Below are positions 20,562-31,700 of a stretch of 64,000 nt of DNA, piece after piece. The position numbers and the translations under genes were made by a program. Origin of the DNA: a virus. Numbering within the stretch: the stretch's first letter is position 1; each line of letters opens with the position of its first letter. Where the stretch lies: IMG/VR virus record IMGVR_UViG_3300028833_000003; one strand, 5' to 3'. The notes under the pieces were generated by a model. That model made no database searches and was not told the origin of the DNA. It was given only the letters and a program-made list of their open reading frames with translations.

Positions 20562-21038
20562 ATGGAACAGTATGATTTGCTGGAATACTTTCTAAAATGG
20601 TTTATTCCCTTCGCTTGTGCTGGATTGTTTGCGGTGTGTGTCAAACCACTAATTGATGCTATTAAACGCGGCAAACGCAGTGCGCGCGATGAGGAATTTA
20701 AACGTGCTTTTGAGCATGAAATTGCTCCTGTATAGGAATAGTTACAAACTATTGCTACCAAGAGTGAAAGAGAGGATAGTCGTTTAGAGGGGAAAATTGA
20801 CGGGCTGTCCAAAGAAATTCAGCAGGCCACCGCCGGTTTGCGCGAAGCCATTTTGGTTACTCACTTACGAGATTTAATCGCAGACAGCAAGCGCTATATA
20901 AATCAAGGTTGGTTATCAGCCGATGAGTGGGAAGATTATGATAACAGATATAACGTATATAAAATGCTCGGCGGAAATGGACATATGGATGCTTGGTACC
21001 CCAAAGTAAAAAATTTACCGCAACATCCAGTTATATAA
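20562..21038 (+). CDS. Membrane protein with N-terminal TM helix and coiled coil (2 in-frame TAG)
   Basis: ATG at 20562 after GAGGAGG. The TM segment is FLKWFIPFACAGLFAVCV. TAG GAA TAG lies at 20733-20741. It is the last gene of the + arm and faces the lysis cassette. Confidence 0.5.
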
Positions 21039-21089
21039 AAAAAAATAAAGGGACGTAGATAAAAAATCTACGTCCCTTTATTTTTTTTT
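21038..21089. terminator. Bidirectional intrinsic terminator between convergent arms
   Basis: A 13-bp perfect stem AAAGGGACGTAGA / TCTACGTCCCTTT is flanked by an A-run on the left and a T-run on the right. Confidence 0.75.
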
Positions 21090-21492
21090 ACCCTACAACA
21101 GGTGTTTTCTTTTCATTAACCAATGATTCAATATATGCCTTAGTGAATAGATCAAAATCACCTACGACCGCGGTTAGATACTGCTTAGCATCTTCACTTA
21201 ATACTGTAATTACGCTATTGTAAGTTAATTGAAATGCTTCTTTCTGTGCTTCCGCAGTGAAAGCATTTTTATTCTTTAAAGCATTAACATAAGTTTGGTT
21301 CGTCATTTCTACGCAACGAGCAACTGTATCTTCAAACATACTTAAATACTTGTAATATACAGTATCCTCTTGACCAGCTTTATAATTGTCGATCTTTGCG
21401 CGAACCCACTTAACAAAATAAGTAGTCAATATCCCCAAAAAAGGAATGATAACTAACTTAAAAATCTCATTTAAAATTTCAGCCCAATTCAT
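21088..21492 (-). CDS. Holin, LL-H-like family
   Basis: The start is chosen at MNWAEILNEIFKLVIIPFLGILTTYFV, 9 nt after GGAGG. One N-terminal TM helix is followed by a helical ..NQTYVNALK..FTAEAQKEAF.. tail typical of LL-H holins. TAA stop. Confidence 0.55.
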   Translation of the reverse strand: MNWAEILNEIFKLVIIPFLGILTTYFVKWVRAKIDNYKAGQEDTVYYKYLSMFEDTVARCVEMTNQTYVNALKNKNAFTAEAQKEAFQLTYNSVITVLSEDAKQYLTAVVGDFDLFTKAYIESLVNEKKTPVVG

Positions 21493-21712
21493 TGTCATAA
21501 TCCTCCGAATTATCTTCTTCGTTATTATCACTAATTGCTGCTGCATCTTGTATTTCTTTGTATGTTTCACTTATCTTTTTATAATTCTCAATACCTGCTT
21601 TTGCAGTATAACCCAAACGTAAGGAAACATATACTGTTGTTACACCAGCCAAGGCGCTTGAACCAAAAGATGCTAATCCTTGATTAATAACAACAATAGC
21701 AAGAATTGCCAA
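21479..21712 (-). CDS. Small membrane protein (second holin/antiholin candidate), start unresolved
   Basis: The track ORF starts at a TTG, but the hydrophobic helix (IIDIVVYAVSLLAILAIVVI) extends upstream to about 21750 with no ATG/GTG/TTG. It has a second TM (FGSSALAGVTTVYVSL), an acidic tail and a TGA stop. Confidence 0.4.
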   Translation of the reverse strand: MAILAIVVINQGLASFGSSALAGVTTVYVSLRLGYTAKAGIENYKKISETYKEIQDAAAISDNNEEDNSEDYDNELG

Positions 21713-21764
21713 GAGTGATACAGCATATACGACAATATCTATAATAGTAAGTCGCTTACTCCAT

Positions 21765-23183
21765 TCAAGCGGTCGCTGTTGTCGCTTTCGCTAATTTTTG
21801 GAGCGCTGCTACTAATTCTTTTGCTTCTATCTCACTTGAACACGCCACCTTTACATACCAAGATTTTGGTGTATCAGGTGTGGTAGGTTCAACAGGCACA
21901 GATACAGGAATTAAAAATTCATTCATCATATATCCGGTCTGTCCGTTATACATAATGCGGTCCCATTCAGTGCCATGATCAATAATATCAACAATAGTCC
22001 CAGTTGATATTTTTGCTATTACACCAAAATTAGTGCCCGCGCCAGAACGCATACGCACTGTCGTGCCGCTTTTTGATTTTACTGTTGCCTAGTATAACAC
22101 TGATAAAACCTCCCCTTCTGATGTACCAGCATTTGCTAGTTCTTCTGGTGTATATAAACCCGCGGGGATTGCATAGTGCGTCCAGCCATATGTACCTAAT
22201 TCTTGACGTTTAACGCCAGACTTGCTACCAGCTGCATGCATAAAAGTGCCATCGCCCAGATAAACACCAGTATGTGACATTGGATTAGATGTTGGTGATT
22301 CATGATATAAAGCACAAATCTTATCTTTTGGCATCTAATCAATTGGTCCTTTTCGCACCCAGATACTTGATTTCCATTGTGAAGATGCGCCAGATACTAA
22401 GGAAATACCAATTTGCGCGAAGCATAACTTCGTAAATCCTTGGCAATCATAAACCTACTTACCGAGCCACTTCTTTACAATGTTATAATCAACTTTGTCT
22501 GGATATTGAGCAATACGCGCACGAATAAATTGTTCGGTTGCAATTTGTCCTTGAGCACCATAGATATAACCACAACCTTCTTTACTTAACGCATACTCTC
22601 TGATTACTTTCTCTTTCTCCTATGAGGTCATTACTTCAAATACCTCCTTTACTACTGCACCAGGATAATAAAATTGTAAAATATCCTAATATGTAAAGCC
22701 CATATTTGCCATCTTCTTTGCGCCAACTTGGCTCATACCAACACAATGTCCATTGCGCGCAGTAGTTGTATAGGGGTCATCTTTACTAACTAGCCAAGCG
22801 CGTTCTCCACCCCAGACTTCTTTAGAGCTTTTTATATGTCCGCCATTGCTAGAAGAGAAAGGCACTGGGCTACATAAAGTGTTTTTATATGTTAAAACTA
22901 ATGCATTAGTTGCTTCAACACAACGATAAGTAGCAGCATAAGCATTATCAATTGATCTCGAATATCGATATGCCTAATGCTTAGCGCTATTATCTGTCAT
23001 ATTTTTAATAGTATAAGCATTAGTTCGTGCGGCAATTGCTTGGGCTTTTACAGCTTCATCCGGCCCATTCATTTCACTAGGAACACAACCTAGCAAATAT
23101 GTTTCTGGATGAATATTGATCGTGTCATTAACATTAACGCCCCAAGCTTCCGCATTACTTTCTCTTGTTAAAGTTAATCTCAT
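21765..23183 (-). CDS. Multidomain lysin: SpoIID-like + NlpC/P60 + SH3 (6 in-frame TAG)
   Basis: It is one open frame with no TAA/TGA, checked codon by codon. TAGs appear as cta at 22974, 22686, 22620, 22455, 22335 and 22086.
- SpoIID motif: HCVGMSQVGAKKMANMGFTY.DILQFYYPG
- NlpC/P60 motifs: VYDCQGF and HTGVYLGDGTFMHA
- SH3: VRMRSGAGTNFGVIAKI..
- an internal AAGGAGG-ATG at 22631 precedes the P60 part. Confidence 0.8.
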
Positions 23184-24343
23184 TATAATTTCTCCAATAA
23201 AAGCGCCCATTGCGCATGTGTTATGGGGGTTTCAACTTCATCTATATTATCTGGGATTTCATAATTTTCATTACGCCCTTGCAATTGATGCATTAATATA
23301 TCGTAATGGTTCTACGTAATTGGAATGTCATAATCCCAATCCAAAGTGTTAATAGCTGGCATAATGGCTGCCATTTGCGCACTTTCTTGTGTTAATCTAT
23401 TAACATGGCCGATAAACTAACGACATAATGTATATGCAGTCATTAAGTCATCAATCTAAAACATAGTTTCATTCTCATCTTCTAATGTATCAATAAAAAC
23501 AAAAGAAGCGCTTCGATAGAATTCATTTGATGTATCTAATGAACAACCTGCTGAACCAACTATTTTAGAGTCTAAAACTGCACATACTTTAACATATAAT
23601 GAAGGTGTTGTGTTAATTTCATTATAGTTTTTTGTACCAAGAAACGATGTTAAAGGAACAATCATAGATGTCTAATTTGTACGTTCCGTATCAATCCAAC
23701 CTAAAGAAACTAATTCTCCACTGTTTGGAGTTAATAATGTTTTATCATTAGGCCCAGCAAATACACCCACAGAATAATGATCAATTGTACCAGTAAAATT
23801 TTCTGGTGGAGACCAGCGCACCGCTACACGATTATAATACTAAGGCCATACTTCTATTTCTACTGGCGCTGGAATAGAAGTATCAATAGTTAAACTACGA
23901 TAGTAAATACGTACATCTACATAACTAATAATAATCGTTCCATTAATTGCGTAAGGCCAAAATGTAATCTAAAAAGTTTGGCTTGTCTTATTAGTCAAAC
24001 CTGTTATTTCATATTCATAACTGCCAAACGTTGAACCATTAATATTGCGAACTGGAAACTCTGAACTTTCTAAATAGTTAGTCCCGAAACCAACTCGTCC
24101 TTTACAATTCATTTCATAGTTAAAATCAATAACAGCTTTTGTAATTTCAACTCCGCCAGGAGGAGGATTACGTAATGTACAATTAATAGAAATAGTAGTG
24201 CCGCAGAATTGTAATTCTTCAACTGCTGCGGCCTGTGGAACATGTATATAAGTCGCCGGAGTTTCGGCGCACTATGAACTACTTTTAATTGGTTGCCCAG
24301 ATGCTATGGGATAATATGTATATTTACAATTTACATTCGCCAT
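23183..24343 (-). CDS. Cys-rich / FN3-like structural or accessory protein (7 in-frame TAG)
   Basis: ATG at 24343, bounded upstream by an in-frame TGA. TAGs are at 24272, 23969, 23840, 23672, 23456, 23417 and 23312.
- FN3-like VAVRWSPPENFTGTIDHYSV
- C-terminal part ..VNRLTQESAQM..WDYDIPITQNHYD.., reminiscent of fibre-tip NRIE-type segments
- TAA stop overlaps the lysin ATG. Confidence 0.55.
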
Positions 24344-24366
24344 AGTGCGCCATCACTCCTTATAAA

Positions 24367-24705
24367 TTATTCACCATCATCTGCGTCTAAATCTTCACTA
24401 GAAGAAAAATTAACATACATTTCAAAATTGTCTCCACCATTGTATGTTTCTTGAATAGATGTAATTCTACCTTGAACATCATTTAAATCATAAATATTAT
24501 TACCACTATCACCTTTAATAGTAATACGAGAAACAGTCTGTGGCATTAAAGTATTCAAGAAAGTGGCGGTACTTGCACCAGGAACCAAACTAATATAAGC
24601 ATTGCTTACTAAATCATTCTGTTCCTTGTCATATGTAGTAGTACGACTATAATTTACGAGTTGAATAGCATGAGCTGCGTCACTATTAAAAATAATTGTT
24701 GCCAT
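24367..24705 (-). CDS. Hypothetical protein (112 aa, acidic C-terminus, no TAG)
   Basis: MATIIFNSD.. follows AAGGAGGTCATTTTA. TAA stop. Confidence 0.5.
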   Translation of the reverse strand: MATIIFNSDAAHAIQLVNYSRTTTYDKEQNDLVSNAYISLVPGASTATFLNTLMPQTVSRITIKGDSGNNIYDLNDVQGRITSIQETYNGGDNFEMYVNFSSSEDLDADDGE

Positions 24706-24718
24706 TAAAATGACCTCC

Positions 24719-25702
24719 TTATAAATTACCAAATAATAGTATATAACTATCATCTATTGTATTTATATCAGTAGCGCTCGCCCAGCACCATACTGACATA
24801 ATCGCATTAAATAACATATCTTTATTTGTCTATGTTATCTAATTATCTTTAAGTAATTGGCCTACTCTTTTATCAAAATTTGACCGTAAAATTTTTTCAT
24901 CATAACCATCTTTATTTTTTCGCATCTAACAATCCCATAATTTTCCATCACAATCAATAGTGAATGAATCAATGCCTGCCATACAATGCGGAGTTTGTTT
25001 AGGTACTTCTATGGTTCCAAACCATTTATAATAATTCTCTGCATCATAACCGAAATAACGACCAGGCACTTCAATGGTCGGCTTTGCACCGATATCATCA
25101 ATATTAATATATGGTCTTTTTTCTACTAAAGGTATCATTTTATCATGTAATTCCTACGCCCATGCATACCAAACTGTAGAGTCGGTGCGCAAATTAATTT
25201 TAGTTAATGTCGATTTAGTAGATATTTTTAACTAAAAATTATTGGTCGGCATTTTCGTTGGGCAAGAATAAATTAAATGCTCTAGCGCGCGGATTGAATT
25301 TTTATACGCACCTTTCTAACGATTAAAATCATTCATATCTTCTGGACCATCAATATTAAATTGGATATGTAATGTTACATCATATGATAATAATGGCATG
25401 ACGAAATAACGGTATAATTCTGATGTACCGTTTGTAGAAAACATAATATTTTTGATTTGCGGCCATCGCTTTAAAATTGCAGTAATCATTGCTGAAAAAT
25501 ATGGTCCATTAAGTGATGGCTCCATTCCCCATAATCCAATACTGGTAGTTTCTGGGGTGATAGTTTCAAGAATGGTTTTTGTAAATGAACCATTCTTGAA
25601 ACACTCCTAAATGCGTTTATTATCATGCTCTTGATATTGCATACAACAATAAGCACATTTTAAATTACATGCATCGGAAAAATAAATGTTAAGATTTTTC
25701 AT
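24719..25702 (-). CDS. Radical SAM enzyme with C-terminal SPASM/twitch-like Cys motif (7 in-frame TAG)
   Basis: 327 codons in one frame, checked codon by codon, with TAGs at 25607, 25316, 25232, 25154, 24926, 24839 and 24830.
- CNLKCAYC (CX3CX2C)
- GMEPSLN (GGE-like SAM motif)
- STNGT
- IDGPEDMNDFNR.KGAY, which is anSME/SPASM-family-like
- HCMAGIDSFTIDCDGKLWDC, a SPASM-type C-terminal motif. Confidence 0.8.
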
Positions 25703-25793
25703 CTTTTATTTGCACTCCACATAAAGCATTACATAAAACATTACAAAACGAAGTTTCTGTAATATTTTGATTATTATCTTCTTGCCAACGCAT
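25689..25793 (-). CDS. 34-aa Cys-rich peptide, candidate RiPP precursor
   Basis: MRWQEDNNQNITETSFCNVLCNALCGVQIKDEKS. The SD AAGGTGA lies 7 nt upstream. The ORF fills the only gap between fibre gene 1 and the rSAM gene and overlaps the rSAM start by 14 nt. It has no TAG. Confidence 0.45.
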   Translation of the reverse strand: MRWQEDNNQNITETSFCNVLCNALCGVQIKDEKS

Positions 25794-25795
25794 TT

Positions 25796-28700
25796 TTATT
25801 TCACCTTAATCCATATTCTATTATTTACAGGAACTGCCTTTTCACCCCAAATTGTGTATTCAGGTACTTCACTAACATAGCCTATAATACAATCAGGATA
25901 CTAAACAATCTCTTCTCTTGTCATAATATCTATCGTACCATTAGGAGCAGCACATACTGCCATACCAGCGTGATAATTTGTTCTATCTTGATATGTATAT
26001 ACTAGAACACGACCAGCAACAGCCACTGGTGTTTTAGCCGTTTCAGTTTCACCTTGCGCAAAACCATAGGTATCAGATACAATAGAAGCGCCTGGTATTA
26101 GACGTTCTTCTGTACGAGTCATAATACCATTGTCATTTTCTTGTACGCAACGTCCAGCTTCTAATTCTGTCGTGCAACGATATTCCGCATAGTCATTCCA
26201 AGCAGCGCCCATTAAAACGCCAGCAGATAAATCAGAATAAATTGCACTACTGCCCAAATATAAACATGCTTTACTACTAGCATTAGCACGCCAAATTATA
26301 GCATCTGTAGTTGGATTTGCAGAAGGACCTGTAAAAACTAATTGTTTTCCTCTTCCAACTGTTATATTTTCAGTTGATGTAATACCAGCTGCCGTTAAAG
26401 CACCTGCAGATGATATATATGCACCTGCTGAAGCACATGGTACAATATTAGTTTGCTCTGCACTACCGCTTGGTGTGGTAGGCGTACCCAATAAATACGC
26501 TGTCCAAGTTGGTGATGTGGCAACTTTAACATTAACAAATTTATCAGTAGTAGTTATCTATGCCCATGTTGGCTCACCACTACCATTTGATTTTAAATAA
26601 TAGTTCTTAGTACCAGCACTAGTAGGAGCGTAGAAACTAGCTGATGTAGTTGCTGTACCATTTAATGTGACAGTACTTCCATCGCCCCATTCAGGCACAC
26701 TAGCACCCATTTTTAAGAATTTACCAGCCGCACCTTTACCTAAACGTGTTGGTGTATTAGCAGCAGACCAATAAATTATATCACCTGCGTGAGTACCAAT
26801 AGATTTAGGAATTGCATAGTCAGAAAAATTTAACTAATCTAATACATTAACCCAACCGCCATTAGTAGTGCTATTTTGAAGAGCACCACCTGCTACGCGT
26901 TTATAATAAATACCATTTGCATTAAATGGAATTGCGAGGTCAGTATAATAACCAGAATTATTTGCATGATTACATCTAATAATATGAGTCCAAGTAGCAC
27001 TAGAAAATGGAGTATCATTTACTTTAACTGCTCCCTATCTAGCAGCACTAATATTGAAATATTGTAAGCCATTCCAACCATAGTCCATACGTGTATTGCT
27101 ACTTAATTGCGTTGATGTAGTTGCAGTTGTAGCATTACCAGACAAAGTACCAGTAATTGTGTATCCACCAGTAATTGTTTTAGCATATGGATCAATAACT
27201 AATGCAGTACCGACACCAGTTTTTGTCGTTCCATCAGCAGATGCAATACCAAAAATACGGAAATTACTATTTAAATTATCTAAAACAATACCCGCTTTTG
27301 TTGTTGCATTTGCGGCAGCACATAAATGAAGTTCTCCACCTTCGCCAGAGCCATCTGGTTTAATATCTATAGTACCATTGAAATAGCTTGGTCCAGCAAC
27401 AGTTAAGTTATATGATGAATTAAAGTTACTATTAACAGCCAATCGAGAAGTAGCTTTAATACCATTGGTTCTAAAAGCGGCGCCTCTACTTTCAGATGTT
27501 ATAAGTCCAATAGTAAAATCAAATAATGAATCTGCTGAAGTATTATATCTGTCACCAATAAAATATGCTTTTTGGCTACCATCATTAAAAATTAATTTTG
27601 GGCCACCTAATGATTCATTATAAGCCGCTGTTGCACCTGTATCTGATCCAGAGACAGTTCCAGTTATCATAACATTGCCATTAAATGTAGTACCAAGTGT
27701 ATTATAGTCTATTGATATTGCATTTTTTGAATATGTAGTTTGCGCAGATGTAGTATAATTAGTATTAAACTATAATAAACCAGATGTATTCAAAATCTAC
27801 CAAGACGCACTAGAATTACGATAAAACTCAAGACCTACGGCAGCTGTTCCAGCACCTTTTAAAACTAATTTACCAGTTTGCGTAGTAGTAGATGAATTAT
27901 CTGCACCATCAATTAATAAACCAGTGGTTGTTGCAGTAATGCGCGCGCTATAATCAGCAGTGCTAGTATTTGTTGCGTGGAAATCAATATATTTACCAAT
28001 TTCCATTACACCATCAGAGCCAATTAATGGCGTACCTCTAAAATAAGCACCAGCTGCTGGGGCTAAATTAGATCTATAATTACTTAAACCAAGAATGGTC
28101 GCTCCGTTGGTTTCATCTAAAATGCGGCGCCAAGATTGCCAAGTGCCATTATTTTTACCGCGCACACTTAACTGTCCAGTTCGATAATCCTAAAAAATTT
28201 CTGTTATCCAAGAATTATTATACCACTGTGAAATTAATGCACCATCTGTCTATTGATAATTCCAAGCAGCTTTAGTCAAGCCAGATACATAGCCTAGTGC
28301 ATTAGTGCCAGGGCCATTACCATCAATACCAAGATTTGTGCTTGTGGTAACTTTAAAATTAGTTAAATTAGATGCGGTGGTAGAAGTATCAGAACTATTA
28401 GCATGATTAACTGTGCCACCATCTACTGCAACAGTTACATCATCATATGCAATCGCTCCAATACTTGTAGTAACATCAGGATAAACTTCAATAGATGTTT
28501 TTTTATCATCCGCTGTTGTATTATTTACTTCCGTACTTGCAAGCAATGTCCATGCATAATTAGCACCTTCTAATAAGTATGCATATGCACGCATATAAGT
28601 ACCACATTTTACATACACATCACATTGCGCAGATTGACCAGAAGCACCTTTACGAGCAATTCTAACATCACCAACTGCAAAACCATAACGCACTATCCAA

Positions 28701-31700
28701 GTAGCGCTTACTGAAGTTGCTGCTGGCGGGTCTGCACTAGCATTATTAGCACGAGCAGAAATTTTAATAACGCCGTATTTACCACCAGAGTATCGAGAAT
28801 GTATAAATAAAATTGCATCTCTATCAACATATGAACCAGTTCCTAAATTAGTAGTAGCTACACGATGCCAAGGATAATGATTAGTATTACCAGAATTAAC
28901 AGTAACATAATTATGATACCAAGTTAATGCTGTTGGAGTACCATTATTAAGATAAATACCTCTACACTCACTGCCAACTGTTGTTGTACCTAATTTAGAT
29001 GCTGCACCAGTCAAATTACCAACAAAACCATTAGTTGCAGTTACGCTGCCTGGGAAAGTGCTATTACCACTAGTATCAAATAATTTAATTTCTTTAGCAA
29101 CTATATTAGAAGTATTGTAACGTCTAACTACAATCTATTCGTTATTACCATCATCGCCAACAGCAATTTCTAATAAACCAGCATTCGCGGTTTCTTCTAA
29201 ATGACGAATCCAACCAGCATCATTATTTCCATTACCATTTAATGGGTCAGCAAATGCAATAGCGTTACTATAAATAAATACACCACGCTTATTACTATTA
29301 TAAGGTAGTTTATCTGGCATACCAGATGTAAGAGCCATACGAATATGGTTTCCTCCCGCTGCGGAACCACCTTGTACCCACAACCCACCTGTCTAAATCG
29401 TTGTTGCACCATTGATAAATAAAACACTACCATCTGTTTGTTCTGCGTGCTAACCAATTGTTAATTTAGGTACTGATATACGCACACCAGTTGCAAGCGT
29501 AGTTCCAGTTGGAGCATGCAAACGTATATTACCTTCTGAATTATAAGACTTAGCATTGTCAGTAACACCAATGTAACAATAGCTTAAACTATTTGCAGAA
29601 CCAAAATTACCAAAATTACTTAAAATAGATGTTTTATCATTTTTATAAGCATCAAATACTGTCCAAGCCCAACCGCCACCGCCATCTTTAACACGAGAAC
29701 TAAAAAATTGACTAGTATTTTCTGAGCCATAAAACTAAGATGTACCTAAAGTTTTATAAGTTTCGCTTAAATCCCCAACATATGATGCGGCAATAGCAGA
29801 ACCGTGCCAAGTACCAGCAGTAATAGTACCAACTTTTGTAATTTCAGTTAAATTTTTTTCTGTTATAATTCTATAATTCTTATTAGCAGTCAAACCAGTA
29901 GCAACTGTTGGTAAATAATATGTTTCATAATAACCGGTAGTAGTAGTCGTAGCAGGATTATTAGGACTATATTGACGCCAATTCCATATGCCTGTTGTTA
30001 CATTAGTTGCATCACCTACATCATACCAGGTTTCAGCTACTCTATTAAGAGCATTATTTCGTAATACTATATCTTTGATATAACGAGAAGTCGAACCCCA
30101 ATAACCATATCCACGTACATCTAGTACATAGTTACCAACTAACGGTGCCATAGTAGTAATAGCATTATCTTGATTAATTGTAAATAAAGCATTTGATTTA
30201 GTTGAGCCATGATTATGCAACCAAATGCCTCGATTACCAGTATCTGTCCCAGCACTATATAAATAAATGTCACCAGCATTGCTTTGTGCTTTTACATTAA
30301 TTTCTTTGCCTGATGTTGTTCTACCAGCAACAATATGAGAATTAGTATGTATTTGTTTTGTTACGCCTAAACCGCCACCAATACGAACTGCCCCGTTATT
30401 ATAGTCAGTAGCATCTTGAGTATATTGTATATTGACTATATTACCCGCTGTGGCATCACCATAGCCCATAATAATCGGGCCACCGTTTATATTTAAATAT
30501 AGTCCTTGTTCTGATTCATTAACTTCAGTTCCACGATTACCATCTGAATCACAACCAGAAATTCCACGGACAATTAAAGCATTTGAACCAGCAGAACCAA
30601 TAATATGCACACTGCCAGTTAAATACGATGCCGCGCCAGTGGCAATACCACCACCAACTACTAATGCGCCAGTTGTAGAAGAAGTTGATGCCGTAGTGGC
30701 TTTAATTTTTACTGTACCCGCTTTATTAATTGTTAATAATCCATTATTACCATAAAGCCCTAATCCAACTGCATTTTCTGCATTGTTAGAACCATAATAA
30801 TGGAACTCAAGTACTGCCTAATTATTAGAACCATTACTCACACCTGTCATTAAGCATGTGTTACCACCGCTAGCTAAATTAGGAACTAAATGATTAATAC
30901 CCCAAGAATAAGTACCACTTTTCACCACAGTTGCTGGCGCGTTTGAGGTTAAATTAATCATACCTTTTGCGGCACTATCTGTGGCATTTGGATTATATTC
31001 TACTGTAGTTTGACCAGTGAATAACGCTCCGCCATTTTCATAAAAACGAATTTGTGCATCTGTTCTTGCAGTTGTACCATTATAAGTTGTATCTTTAACA
31101 TAACTAAATAATAAATCATCTGTATATGAAGAATCTGTATAGGAACCAATTTCCCAAGATCCATTACTAGTTTTTGTTGATACTACTGGTGAATAACCAG
31201 GAATTGAAGTTATTGCAATCAAAGCATTATCTCTGCCTTTATGCCAAGAAGATGCAATACCAGCTCTTGTAATAATATGACTTGTAATAAATTTAGAACC
31301 ATCCCAAGTTAAAGAACCACCTGATAACTTATTCGTTTGATTATAGGTAGTAAATAGTAATCGAGTATTACCATTTAAACCCTAAATTGCTAATGTCCCC
31401 GCGCTATTGACGTCACCCATTTGGGCATCATCACCGACTTTATTCCATGTGTTATTAGCGAAATTCAATGCGCCGGTCATAGTCCCGCCAGCCAATGGTA
31501 AATATTTATTAACTCCTAATGCGGTAATCATATTGGCCTTACTAACCCAGTAAGTTTTGCCACCATTTGCAAATGAATCAATCGCAAGAAAAAATTCTGC
31601 GGCGCTACCTTTTTCTGGTAATGCTACATTATCTTTCCAGCTTAATGGCGCGGTCATCTAACCGCCTTCTATAATTTGCGGTTTAAGAGTAGTAGTATAG

